A stretch of DNA of 47,036 bases from contig NIVC01004401.1 in assembly GCA_002269645.1 (NCBI GenBank), positions 1 through 47,036 of the forward strand. Direction: 5' to 3'. The DNA comes from Macrostomum lignano (Eukaryota). The notes below the pieces were generated by a model. It was given only the letters and a program-made list of their open reading frames with translations. It was not told where the DNA came from and ran no database searches. Numbering within the stretch: position 1 is the stretch's first letter; each line of letters starts with the position of its first letter. This document shows, piece by piece, positions 1 to 23,741 of this stretch. Made by a program: the position numbers and the translations under genes.

Positions 1-1702
1 AAAAGGGAAAAAAATATATCATGCCTTGCACCAGGGAGTGACTAACGGACCAGAATAGGGTACGCATAATTTATCGTCCAGAAACTGTGATATTATTAAA
101 AATTAATTGAGTAAATGATTAATCGGTGGTACCCAACTACCACACATACAAGGCATTGAAGTCCAGAAAAAAACCATTTCGTAAAATACAATATAATAAA
201 CTATCCATATATGTGTTGCTGTTTATTTTAAAATTTGACAATAAATTGGTTAAATTTGATAATATATTGAAAAAATGTTTTACTGTTTGTAGTTAAATTG
301 TTTTTAATCAATAATTTGCTTACATTGTGTTTTACTATACCAGTCAAGCTATTTTTTTCAAATGAGATGGCCGAACTTTTTTATCTGTGCATTATAGCAT
401 TACTATTGTCTATATGCGAATATTGCACTGCTTGTTCATACAATTTAATTATATTTTGCTTTTTCAAATTTCTTTGCTTTTGCTTTTACAATACTGCTGT
501 GGCTGTGCCTGTAACGAGTAATTATATCGTTTAGTTTAGTATAGTGCTTCGTTTAGAAGACCATGGATGACATGCACAGTTTTAGAAGGCCTGTGGAATA
601 CTGGCATACACATTACTGGTACACTTTACTAGTATATTTTATTGGCGTATACTTTATCAGCTAGCCAAATACTTTCCGGCGTACACAAAACACGATCCGC
701 AATATGGAGGCCATGAGGTGTTCAACAATAAACTTTGTTGTAGACTTTGTTAAGGTCATGGCATGCCTGCGCCAGAGTAAATCATATTAAAAAATTTGAT
801 TGTGCCATGTGCCCACACTCAGGAAGGTGTACATTATGGTGGAAAATTCTGGCGCACATCAACAATAAATGTGCGCAAAATGGCGCATACGGTGTACAAC
901 AAAGGCTTAGCAGAAGTTTTTAGCGCACATTGGCGCATAGCAAAACCTAATCAGAAAAATTTAGCTCACAATGAGTCACCTAAATGTAAAATCTGCATAT
1001 GCAATACATAAAATATGCTTTAAGATTACGTTTTTTTCCAAGCATATCAATAAAAAAATTGTTTGTTGGTAAGTAAACTGAATAATAAAATTCAAAATGG
1101 GATATTACCATAAAGATAAAGCTATTTCTTTTGACAATTTTCTACGTAAGCTAAAATAAAGCAAAAGTTTTGAGTTGAAAAAAAGCCTATATAAGGTACA
1201 AAAATTTAACCATGTTTTTAGTTTTGTTTTAATTGGACTTTTACTGAGTTTTTAGTGCTATGGCATATTAGTACTCTAGCTATATATTTGTCAATAAACG
1301 AATATAGACCTCGACGCACAAATTCATATTTTAGCTTCGCGCACAGCGCACACTCTAAAAATATGCTGAAATATATTCCCGCACACATGTGACACCTTCC
1401 TGAGTATGGCCATGTGCCAGAACTATTCCTTGTACCAACTAATAGACTCCCACTATTAATTGTCTTGGCTATATCTTGGACATTTTGCAGAAGCAAGAAT
1501 TGGACATTTATAACTAATGCACCTACTTTTGCCCCCCTTTCACTTTTGTCTCACAATCTCCCTAATGAAATGGGCTTGTTTTATATTGAATGGGGATTGT
1601 AAGACAAAAGTAAGGAGAGGTGCAAAAGCAATTACCATAACAATTAATTTTGTTATTAATTATATATCAATCGTTGATAGAGATATACCATTTGATATGG
1701 AC

Positions 1703-2641
1703 TAGAGCTATTGAAAATTGAGATTTGGACTGAGAAAAGATTTGAGACAAGCAAAGTCTTAAGTCAAGAAATTTTGAGATACAATGAGATAAGATTTAAA
1801 AAATATTAGAAAAATCTCATTACAACAAATACACCATAAGATTGGCAGATCCTTTGAGTCTGGGGCCAAATCACTTTGTTGCAGGACTGAAACAACAACA
1901 AAAATTTATTAGTATAAGTTTGTATGTTAGCATTTATAACAATGTTTGCATTTATTAAATGATGATATAAAACTACTCAACTAACCTTACCTATTGTGAT
2001 AAATTTAGATTAATTATTTTAGTAATGAAGGATGTTAATTATTATAGCACATGCTAAGGGTTTATTTTGATCAATTCACAATGATAATACTCTTAATATT
2101 ATAGATATAGCAACAAGCATAGTGTAATAGTAATGCAATGAGACAATGTGAAAGAAGGATGAGCGAAACTGCAAGAGAGTAAATAGATTTAATGCTTTAT
2201 ATACTGCTAAGTATTTCTATGGATTATATAGTATAACAAAAATACATCAACTCAATGCTAAATAATAAAATAAAATTTAAGTATAATATATATGTTGAAA
2301 AGGATGATAATTATACTGTATATATATGATACAGAATAGGAAGAAAAGCATGAAAGAAGTGACATTGTCACATTATCACAGAATTTATCCATTTCAAAAT
2401 CCTCTTGCTGATTCAAACAAAAAGTATAGGTTCAACAATAGTATTTGGTGTTTTAAAGAAAATACTTGTCCTTTCACATATTTTCTTAATAAAAAATTTC
2501 ACTTTTAGCAATGCAAAAAAATTCTCAATTTCTTGAATCTTGTCTCAAAATTTTCCACAAAAGTCAAGATTTCTTGAGACAAGAAAAAATGTCAAGATCT
2601 TGTCTCGAATCTTATCTCATTAAGATCTCACAATATCTCTA
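1703..2641. mobile_element. Old non-autonomous hAT-like DNA transposon (~940 bp)
   Basis: Termini TAGAGCTATTG (1703) and CAATATCTCTA (to 2641) are inverted, 10/11 match. Subterminal GAGA(C/T)AAG repeats occur in both arms. Degenerate 8-bp TSD ATATGGAC/ATGTGGAT (6/8). TAGAG ends with an 8-bp TSD are typical of hAT. Confidence 0.6.
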
Positions 2642-2739
2642 ATGTGGATTGAATAGACTTTGTGTCCATAAAATAAACATAATCAAACTGCAAATTTGGG
2701 ACCATATTAATCCATTTAATTTTATGATACAATCTCTTT

Positions 2740-2911
2740 CATGCTTGGGCGCAACCTTGGGATTCACTCGGCCGTTTCTATTGGCAACACACACATGTAA
2801 GTCGCTATTGGACAGAATAGTAGTCACGTGACTGCTCTCAGCCAATAGCGACTTACATGTGTGTGTTGCCAATAGAAACGGCCGAGAGAATCCCAAGGTT
2901 GCGCATGTATG
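2740..2911. mobile_element. 172-bp palindromic (hairpin) MITE, copy 1
   Basis: Almost the whole element is an inverted repeat around a central GTCACGTGAC (2823-2832). Ends CATG...TATG. Exact 8-bp TSD ATCTCTTT (2732-2739, 2912-2919). A near-identical inverted copy lies at 17350-17521. Confidence 0.85.
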
Positions 2912-3313
2912 ATCTCTTTAATATAATTTAAGTACTAATATGATCGTAATTTAAAACCTATAAGCTCTTTCCATTTTGTCTTATAATCACATATATAATT
3001 TTACCATTTAAATGATTGTGTGACAAAAGTGAATACAAGCTATGCTTCTATAACTTTCTATGTTAATTTTCAATGACAATTACAATGATGATTTAAAGTT
3101 TGATGATTTGAAAAGTGAGTACTATGTACAATAATTGTACATGATATATTAGAGTGTCTTTTTGACTCTTTAATGGGGATTATAAAATGAAACTTGACCT
3201 ACTTAGGGATTGTCTAAAGAAAGAATGTCCTAATGCGCTAGTGCAAAAAACATCAAACCCCCTTTTGCACTGGAATTTTCTGTGAAAAAGGTCATCTTCC
3301 TGACTATGGAAAT

Positions 3314-3410
3314 AAAGGACCTTTTTATAGTTATGACAATAAAAGGACCTTTTTATAGTTATGACAATAAAAGGACCTTATGCACTGGGACTATAAAGGA
3401 CTTTTTTGTT
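3314..3410. repeat. 28-bp tandem repeat, ~3 copies
   Basis: Unit GACAATAAAAGGACCTTTTTATAGTTAT repeated, then decaying. Confidence 0.75.
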
Positions 3411-3677
3411 ATTATGACAGTTATATGCATTATATAATAGATCATTTTAATTAGCATAAAAAAGTTAAAAAATGACTAACAATAAAACATTAAAAAACAA
3501 TGAGTCAAAATGCCACTAGTGTAATTAATACATACACAAAGAAAAACAGTTTCAGATTAAATGTCTATATTGTTTAATATGTATGCACATGAACTTTTTT
3601 TAAAGTAAATAGTTTAACAAAACTAAAAACATGTTTTTGTTATGTCATAAAAAGAAATAAGAATTGTTGACACAAAT

Positions 3678-3690
3678 ATGTCAGTTTTAG
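3678..3690 (+). CDS. OGT: Candidate first coding exon of OGT (M-S-V-L-G...)
   Basis: ATG TCA GTT TTA G|GTAGGT gives the phase-1 junction needed to complete GGA with exon 6146 (G+GA). A at -3 and a good donor. Short, so it could be chance. Confidence 0.35.
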
Positions 3691-3983
3691 GTAGGTATCT
3701 GACTCTAACTGGTTTTAAACCCCCCCTGCGCCAGCCTGGCCTTGCTTTGGTAGGTTGGTGGGATGCTGGTGCTCTGCGTGCATGCAAAGCTTAGGGCAGC
3801 CTCCCCCTCCACTCTGTGCTATTTAGTCACACATTGCGGCTGCTGAGTTGGCATATTTTTGGCAAAATATTTTTTTTCTCTTTTAAATAAAAAAATAATA
3901 TATTTCATTGCTTAAGGGGTTTATTTCCCCTTTCTAGGCTGCATCTGCTGGTCTTTTGTGCCATTTGCTTTTACTTAGCGTTA

Positions 3984-4771
3984 GGGCCATTCCATATAAT
4001 TATGGTCGTAACATGACAGACTATTTTTACTTATAAAATGAAATCTAATAATAGAATATACTAAACCAATATTTTGAATGAAAGATTATTTTGTCAAGAA
4101 TATGTTTATAAAGTTTCATATAGATATCATCATTAGTATAGATGTTATTAAACCTTGAATGGCACTTATGGTCGTAACAACAGGATTTTTGACATATAGA
4201 AACTAAAAGATAAAAGTCTTATAAAATTTTTCATTTTTGATATTTTGCAATAATTTTTTTTTTAAATTTGACTAAGAACATCTTTAGAAGTCATACTCTT
4301 TTATTAGAATATATAAACTCAAAAAGGCAACAAAGATACAAAAGAAAAGGCAGCCTTATGGTCGTAACATTATGGTCGTAACATATTTTTTTCTGTCAAT
4401 TCAGTAACTTTGAAGTACTAATATATTAAAAATATAATAGATTATATGGTTGCTAATGTTTTTATCCAATGATGCAAGTACTATAATTTTATATATAGTT
4501 TGTTTTAACCTTCTAAAGCTTTCTATTTGTTTTTAAAAGGTACATAAACTTAATGATGTCTTTTGCTTAGAAAATGTCCAATTTTTTACAAAAATAACTT
4601 TTTGCCAATTGATAACATACTAATCCAACATTTTATCATTTATTTTTTTTAGATTGTATACATTACATACAAAAAAGATTTGGTAAAAAAATTGGCTGAT
4701 AAGGCAATGACAAGCAAAAATATTGACTTTTTTCTTTTTTCCAAATATGTCCATCTTATATGGAATGGGCC
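3984..4771. mobile_element. Non-autonomous TIR element (~790 bp), PIF/Harbinger/ISL2EU-like
   Basis: TIRs GGGCCATTCCATATAA / TTATATGGAATGGGCC, flanked by TA on both sides. Four internal copies of TTATGGTCGTAACA (4000, 4166, 4356, 4370). Confidence 0.65.
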
Positions 4772-6145
4772 TATTAGTCTTTTGGGGTTTAATAAAAAAA
4801 TAGATTTTATTAGGAAACAAAACTACAAAAAACATTTATATTAATAAGACAATTAATTCAGTTTAATAGATTTGAAAGACTGATCTGCATAGGAATTTTT
4901 ACCAAATAAGGGTCTCTTTAAACTATGGATCTAAATGCATAGTGCATGCTGTATATTATAGTTTAGAAGGCAACATATATGCTATTTCCCAGCATATAAC
5001 AAGGGTACTTGCTATTTTTCATTGTATATTATCCCATAGTCAGGATCATGTCAACTATGTGCCAGAGCATTTTTTATAAAAAAAAGATATATATTAAAAG
5101 ATTTACCTTGTGCTGAAATTTAGTCAATTTCTTGAGCACTAAACTAAACTTACTTTTTGTAATAACTCTAAGATTTTGACAACATTACTAAAGTATAAGA
5201 AAATTAAAATAATAGACTATATTCAATAAAGCAATTTTAAATAAAAAGTATTGCATTTAAATGGTAAATAAGTTTTAAAATATTTAAATTTTATTCCTAA
5301 AATTAGTCTGATAGATTTTCAATTTAAATATACATTTCTTATCCTTTTTTATTTGATTTGCTGAATTTTAAACACTATGCAGCTTGCTTTATGTTGTGCT
5401 ACTATGCTGTAACTGCACCACTTGCATCAATGTATTGAACTAAAAAGGCTTCTATATGTCAATTTTCTAGGCAAAATGATATTATCCCTAATATCAGCAT
5501 ATATCTAATTAAAAAATTACTAGACTTATTATTAATATTAGTATTACTATTAGTATTAGTAAGTACTATTAGTTCTGTGTTTAAATTAAAATGTATGTTA
5601 TTAAAAATTCATGTCATGCAAGGTTTTATGCATAGTTTAGTTCTATTCATGCACAAAAATCAGTTGGTCATTCCATATTGTCCAGCAAGTAGATGACAGT
5701 ATCCACATTAGTATCATAGATGACAAAGTAGAGAGTAAAAATCGAAATGCATATATATTATAACTTTTAGTCAGGTTGATTATTCATGATTATTGTAATG
5801 ATATGGATTTTAAATTTTGCAGCAAAACTTCATGAAAAGATTAGTGATAAGATTAAAAGATAGACAAATATATTAAAATCAATGTCCACTTTAGCTAGGC
5901 CAATAATCTGATTTGTATGAAAACAGAAAAACCAATGACACCTGTGCATTGCTTGCCATTCATTTGTTCTATTTGGTATAAATTGCTATTTATAGTGCCA
6001 AGTTTAAGCTCCATAATATTATATTATTATTTAATCTCTGTAAACAACAGCTGCAAAATAATTGCTAACTCACTGCATAGTGTAATCCAATCGCCTTATT
6101 GTGTTGCTTAATCTTCTTTCTCCCCTGCCCGTCACCTTGCCGCAG

Positions 6146-17051
<10,906 letters not shown>

Positions 17052-17349
17052 TTGGCGTTGGAGTCCGGCGCTGCTGTGTCGCAATGAATTCTGATCGAAA
17101 GAAATGCTGTTTGTTTTTTATTGTTTTATTGACAGGTGTTTTTTGTTCTTTTTCCCGTCGTTGTTAAATTCATATTGGCTGTCTCTGTAATTTAATAAGC
17201 TGGTGTTTACCTTCATAATTGGCAACTTGATCTTATTATTTGAATCCCGATTAACAAATTGAGCTTTCAGCCTGGAATTAAATCCCGTAGAATCTTCCTT
17301 AATTAATAGTCCTTTAAAAATTTCCCTATATGTAAACACCTGAATCCGG

Positions 17350-17521
17350 CATACGTGCGCAACCTTGGGAATCGCCCGGCCGTTTCTATTGGCAACACAC
17401 ACATGTAACTCGCTATTGGCTGAGAGCAGTCACGTGACTACTATTCCGTCCAATAGCGACTTACATGTGTGTGTTGCCAATAGAGACGGCCGAGTGAGTC
17501 CCAAGGTTGCGCCCAAGCATG
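17350..17521. mobile_element. 172-bp palindromic MITE, copy 2 (inverted relative to 2740-2911)
   Basis: Reverse complement matches copy 1 with only a few substitutions. Central GTCACGTGAC at 17429-17438. No clean TSD recognised for this copy. Confidence 0.85.
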
Positions 17522-18886
17522 TAAATCCCTCATGTAAACACGTTGAAATCATCCCTTATAAACACACCATCCCACATACGCTTATCCACGATACAGCAAG
17601 TCCAATATTCGAATTTCTCCCCCCAGAGACAGTCTTTCTCACCTATTATAGATTCAACTAAGGCGTCCCAGCATCTCCTGTCGGAGACGGGATGCATCGC
17701 CGCTCCTGAATGCTGGACTGAAAAAGTCGTGCACTGCACTGCACTGCGAATCGTTTGCACCTGCACTGTTGATTCGGTTTGAAGTGCTCTCAAAATTAAT
17801 TTAATTATCATTATCTAATGATGATGCTTCGCTTGTCGCTTTTTCTAGACTAAAGCTAACCCTCGAGATTGTCGAGACTTTGGCTACAGCTCCCCTGTGT
17901 CGGACGATAATTGTCTATTATCTAATGCCTACTTATTTATATTAAGCCTTGTAGAGGTTCGTAGCTCTTTAATTATAATTCCCCCCCCGTTTTCATTTTT
18001 ATTTCTGGTGTCGCTTTGTGTACTTTTGTTTATACTACTGCTAGTAGGCAGATGCACTTTATTATAATAGCCCTTCGTTTTTCTTGCATATTTATAATGG
18101 AATTTGCGCTAATAATCAAGTTGTAACTGTTGCTATTTAATATCATTAGAGACTTTTGCCGGACACGCTTGATTCAGTGTGCTTATCGGTGTGTTAATCC
18201 CCTTACCTGCCCAATTCCCCCTGTTGCATGCCGGCCTGATTTAACTACATTATATTCGGCTTCTTTGCTTTAATTTTGTGTTTTTTATGTTTCATCACTT
18301 TTCCAAACATTTGCTTTGTCAGCTCTCTATTTAATTTTTTTATCTAAACCAATAATTCGGGTTTTTATTTGCCTACCTTTACTGCACTTACTTATTCTTG
18401 CACGCTTAACCCCCTATCATCTTTGAAGTGTTGTTTCGTAATTCAGTCATCATTTGATTTATAATATAAACCTATAAATATATATATTATTATATATATA
18501 TATAATCACAGAGGTGTGTGCACGCCTCCATTCAAGTGTCAGGCATATTATATTTTCCGCATATTAACCTGTGAATAGTGTTTAATTAGTTTTTTTTTTT
18601 CAGCGTGCATTAGCTGAAGTTGTTGGCTCCGGATTGCTAGAATGATCTGATTGTATGACTTGTTTATTATAGCTTTATCTTGACACTAGACCAACCAACA
18701 TTCGCACTTAAAGATTAAAGGAGTGCAAAACTGATGACTCAACGAATGCATTATCAGTGGTCTCAAAACTCTAATGTCAAGATTATTTCAACAACTCTAA
18801 ACTGCAAACTCTGAAAGGATTTTAATTCGTGACTCTATCAGGTTATACTTCATAGTATTCCTATGAATAGTGATTAATTGTAAGAT

Positions 18887-19934
18887 CAAGGACTTCTAGA
18901 CTAACAGGACGTAAAACTCAAAGATCGTGCAATTTTTTGGAGGCCACGATTTCCTGGAAAAATACACTGCGAAGATAGGAAAAAATCAGTTTTTCGTCAC
19001 AAAATCTGTGATTGTATTTGATCTGGGGCAGTGAAGACTACCATTCTTTTAATTTAACATGCACAATATGTTACTCTATTATATTTTCATATAGCTGTGT
19101 AGTGAAGTTTTCATTTTCATATTATTTTCACTTTATTTCATAAGCCAAAAGTTGCAAACTCACAAGTGGCATTAGCCAAATATCAAATTCAAGAAAAGAA
19201 AAGCTATTCAAATTTGTAATATAATAATATTTTTAGCCTTTAAAATAAAAATTATAAAAGGACTAATCAATGTTTTTTCTTATAGATACCTAGTAAAAAT
19301 GGTTAGGGCCTATTTTTGTGATTAAGTCTATTCTTCTTAAATCTTAGTCCTAAATATAGGCTTGGCTTAAAAACTGATAATACAGCTTTCTCAAGCCTAG
19401 GTAACCAACCATATGAAACTATTTATTGGTAATCTATATATAATAAAAAAATCTAAATATACTAATCTCTAAGTCTGTCTAAATTTAATTACTTATTAGG
19501 CTAGATAGTGTAGTGATAGGTCTAGTTCTAGTAGGCCTAGGAATTAGTATAGTTACTAAACCTACAATAATAGCTTAAGACTAAGAGTACCTACATGCAA
19601 TGTTTTTATACTTTATTTTAAAAAGAACAACACAAAAAGTTTGGCTAATGCCACTTGTGAGTTTGCAACTTTGGGCTTATGAAATAAAGTGAAAACAATA
19701 TGAAAATGAAAACTTCACTACACAGCTATATGAAAATATAATAGAGTAACATATTGTGCATGTTAAATTAAAAGAATGGTAGTCTTCACTGCCCCAGATC
19801 AAATACAATCACAGATTTTGTGACGAAAAACTGATTTTTTCCTATCTTCGCAGTGTATTTTTTCCAGGAAATCGTGGCCTCCAAAAAATTGCACGATCTT
19901 TGAGTTTTACGTCCTGTTAGTCTAGAAGTCCTTG
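18887..19934. mobile_element. 1048-bp long-TIR (foldback/Galileo-like) non-autonomous element, P-superfamily-like
   Basis: ~295-bp near-perfect TIRs (18887-19180, 19640-19934) starting CAAGG. Exact 8-bp TSD TGTAAGAT. AT-rich non-coding spacer. Confidence 0.92.
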
Positions 19935-21868
19935 TGTAAGATTACAAGAGGACCCTTGGAGTTATTCTTGCTTAAGTTATACACTACTGGACAATATCTC
20001 GTCGAATTCGTTAAATTAAATCGTATGCAACATACAAACAAATTCAATTCTGTTTTAAAACTACTTTTCCCTCCAGAAATTTTAAAATAGTAACGTACTA
20101 ATTTAAAACCTATGCAAAATTAAAAAATGGCTCCATAAGAAAAAACTATGATGCTTTTATTGTCGTTTCTAATGCTCGCTTCAATCAGTTAAAAATATCG
20201 TGTGAATTAAACTACTAAATCAATCATGGTTCATGGGCGTATGAATGAACTCCCATATTTGTGGAAAGCCAATATCTTTACTGAATAAATGCATGCTGGA
20301 AACTTTATATTTTGCTTAGACTTTTCAAAGGTTCCTATGCGGTACGCCCATGAAAGTTGTGGTTCTGGCTCCTAGAAGTGGAATATAAAGTAACAAAGAT
20401 CTATCTTTTTCTTTTCATTATAAGCACCATCCACCATTTGAAGAGTTAGCAAGCCAAATTCCTGCTATTTATTTGCTTACAAAAATAGATCTATTCGCTT
20501 CCTAACAAAGTGGAGTCGTCAGTCGTGGAAATCATGCAAAGCAAAGCATACACTAGAAATTAGAAAAAGAATAAGAATGTCAATAAGAATTTTAAACCAA
20601 TATAGGGCCTATATACAGCAGTTCTAAGCTTCATATGAATTTTTATAGTAGCTAGGCATAGCCAATATTTTATGCTGTTTGGCCAACTACATACAAACCT
20701 TCAGTTGCCAACCCAAATTTATGCCAGAAATTTCTGACATGAAATTTAGATTCCCCTAAAATCTAGGAGAATCTAAAAATAAAATTGTCTGGGGATCATT
20801 TTAGATTCCTAGCATAGATTTCCTATAGTATATTATTATTATTAATATTATAAATATTATTATTATTATAAATTATAATACACTACTAAATATTTATATT
20901 ATTATCTATATAACATAAGACATTATTATAAGTTATAATCTAGTATAGATATATGCAACCTCTAAAATTTCACCAGCTAGGCCCCCTATGCAACTTAGTT
21001 TTGAATAAAAATTAGAGAACTTAACCCAAAAAATCATTTGTTTATCATCAAGTTTTTTTAAATGTTAAGAATAAGCTAAGTGTCATCTTGAATATAAAAA
21101 CTTTATAAGGCAATTTGCTGAGAGTTCAAGGCTCATCGGAAATTTCTAAGATATCAAATTATCACACTCAAGGCTTATGGGGAGAATTACTAAGATATTA
21201 AAGCTTGGTAATGGCTATAGTTCTAGCACTGAAACCTGTTTTCTAATGGCTATGGTATAGATCTGGCAGTCTTCTACAGGCAATTATCTACTAATGAAGT
21301 CTTTTAACATTAGAAGTATATTGTTTTGAATCTTATTGTTTCATTTTGATCTTATCTTGAACAAAATCTTAATATCAACCACCTATTAAAAAAGTAAAAT
21401 GTTTCTGCTATATTATACCCATAAATTGCATAATTGGAATATCATTGCCAGATTCATAGCCATTCGAAAATGGGTTCCAATGTTGAAACTCTAGCCATTG
21501 CCTTAAAGCTTATTGGGGAAATTGCTAAGATGTCATTGTCAAGGCTTATTAAAGAAATTGCTAAAATGTCATAGCTTATAGGGATAGCTTATTATTTTAC
21601 AAATTACTACCTAAGTTGAAAATACCTAGAGTAATACAGTGATTAGTAAAAATGATAATCATTTTTATTCTAATTATAATGGGTTCATCTGCATCTGGCA
21701 TAGACTAACTAGGGAAATAACCAATATTCTTTGGCTGCTCAATGTAAACATTGTCCAACATTCAACAACCCACTGCTTGGTCCACTGCTTAGTTTATTTA
21801 ATATCAAGTTACCTTGGTTGCCAATCAGATCATCAAGTGTCAGCTACTAACAGTAGTTTACGCCGATC

Positions 21869-22504
21869 ATGCCAAAGTTTTATCATTCGCGCAGCAGTAG
21901 CAGCAGCTCCTCAGACATGGAGCACTACGCCATGGCTGCAGCGATGGGTGGCGGCGGCGCTGCATTTATGGGTCATAAGGCGGCGAAGAAGATGGCCAAA
22001 CACCAGAAGAAGGCGATGAAGAAGGCGCACAAGCACGGCTACGTGGCCGGCTACGGCGCCCCCGTCCCGCCGCCAATGGCTATGATGGGTGGCAAGCATC
22101 ACGGTGGCAAGGCCGCCATGTACAGCATGATGGCCGCCGAGGCTGCACACTCCAGCCACCAGCCAGCCGGCTATCAGATGTCTCGGGGTCCGCCGCCGCC
22201 TCCTGGCAGTTATCCGACCCAGCAGCAGCCGCAGCCGCCTCCCCCTGACCCGGGTTCGTCTTATTATCCTCAGCAGCCGCAGCAGTATCCGCCACAGCCT
22301 GTCGGCCCGTATCCCGGCCCTGGTGGAGCTCCCTACCCAGCTGGCGGTGGTTCGGGCGGGATGCCCCCTGCTGGGCCGCCATATGGTCAACCGGGCGGGC
22401 CGCCGTATGGCCAACCAGGCGGGCCGCCGTATGGAGGCCCCGGCGGAATGCCGCAGCCACCGCCGCCAGGCGCCGGCGGTCCGGGCTATCCGGGCGGTTA
22501 TTAA
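21869..22504 (+). CDS. Uncharacterised 211-aa low-complexity protein (His/Lys/Met/Ala-rich N-half, Gly/Pro/Tyr/Gln-rich C-half)
   Basis: Single ATG-TAA ORF that coincides with a sharply bounded GC-rich island in AT-rich flanks. Peptide repeats (GPPYGQPG) are encoded with synonymous codon variation. Confidence 0.82.
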   Translation: MPKFYHSRSSSSSSSDMEHYAMAAAMGGGGAAFMGHKAAKKMAKHQKKAMKKAHKHGYVAGYGAPVPPPMAMMGGKHHGGKAAMYSMMAAEAAHSSHQPAGYQMSRGPPPPPGSYPTQQQPQPPPPDPGSSYYPQQPQQYPPQPVGPYPGPGGAPYPAGGGSGGMPPAGPPYGQPGGPPYGQPGGPPYGGPGGMPQPPPPGAGGPGYPGGY

Positions 22505-22849
22505 TCTGATAATGAAAATTGTTTTTAATGAAAATGCAGTTTGTTTTTATTGTATATTTAATTCGATTCTTCATTGTTAAGTAATCGTTAATAGCTCGTA
22601 CGTTAGAAAAAATTTCCTAACTTCAGAAGGTAGAATAATTAACTTTACTTACTACTGTAGTATTTGCTTATTAAATTTTGGAATTCTACCAACCACGTAA
22701 GCCAGAAGCACGTGACTTGACAGTCTGTTATTTGTCTTAAGACTACAAATGTACATTTGTGAGGTTGTGGATACATAGCAGCCTCGCCCCCCTACCAGGG
22801 GCGTGAAGATCGGCCATAAAAAATCAGGCCTTTTTAATTACTCTTACCC

Positions 22850-23226
22850 CATAGATAAAGTATACCATAGATTCCACCCCTGCCCAGAATGTACACACGC
22901 TCGTGTCCAAACTTTGACCACCATAAAACTCACCGTGCTCTCATTGGCTGGCGCGAAAGCCTTCCTTTCAACACCTTCGATTTCATTCCCTCACCCCTTC
23001 CACACAAGAAAGCTTTATAACTTTAATGCGCGGAACGAAAGGATGTCTTACCAGTTTCAACAGTTAAAGCGGAGATAATAGAAAAGCGGAGTTGGGGGAA
23101 TGTACACACGTGGACTCAATGTGCATAGCGTGGCCCAGCCAATAGGAGCGCAGTGAATAAAGTGATGGTCACAATTTAGACACTCCGCGGGGGTAGGGGT
23201 GGAGTCTATGGTATACTTTATCTATG
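22850..23226 (+). mobile_element. 377-bp P-superfamily-like MITE, copy A
   Basis: ~31-bp TIRs CATAGATAAAGTATACCATAGATTCCACCCC. Flanking duplication CTCTTACC(C), 8-9 bp. Strand is arbitrary orientation. Confidence 0.93.
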
Positions 23227-23741
23227 CTCTTACCCACTCTGGCTGGCTCGTGCAATGTACAATTATTTGCCCCCCGACGGAAAATGTACATTGCATGCAG
23301 CTAATCAGGGGCGAGAGGCGGCGATAAACTTTTTTCTCAAGTGCCGTGCTTAACCACAGATACTATAAACACTAGATAGGCCACTCAGGCTAATTTTCTG
23401 GGCAAGTTTTTTATTCTACTTTCTGCTTAGTAGCAATGAAAGGAAGCAACAGTATTATTTGCTAAATTAGACAAATCGAGTGACTGTTTTTAAGACATCG
23501 TTTTGCTAACGCCATAAACAACTAACTTGTTTTGTGCAGTAATGGTGTACATTAAGACGCGACAGACAGTGTGCAATGCCGCTATCTTTCAAAGTGGAGG
23601 AAGGGGGGTAGTCTGGAATAGGGTTAATATCAGTTTCGTATAAGGCAGGGTGAGTGGATCGATAATTTAGGCCCACTGGTGGTGGGATAGAAAATAAAGG
23701 ACTTCACATAGCTAGCCTGGGTTAGGGGTGGGGGTTGAGAG

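Noticed and set aside
17663-17695. Small stem-loop downstream of the OGT stop
   Set aside because: Short, lacks SECIS or other known motif features, and is expected by chance.
20230-20354. 12-bp perfect inverted repeat TTCATGGGCGTA ~100 bp apart
   Set aside because: No TSD or second copy, so insufficient to call a MITE.
21845-21856. TACTAAC branch-point consensus just upstream of the orphan gene ATG
   Set aside because: The nearest AGs are only 1-5 nt downstream, too close for a normal branch-to-acceptor distance.
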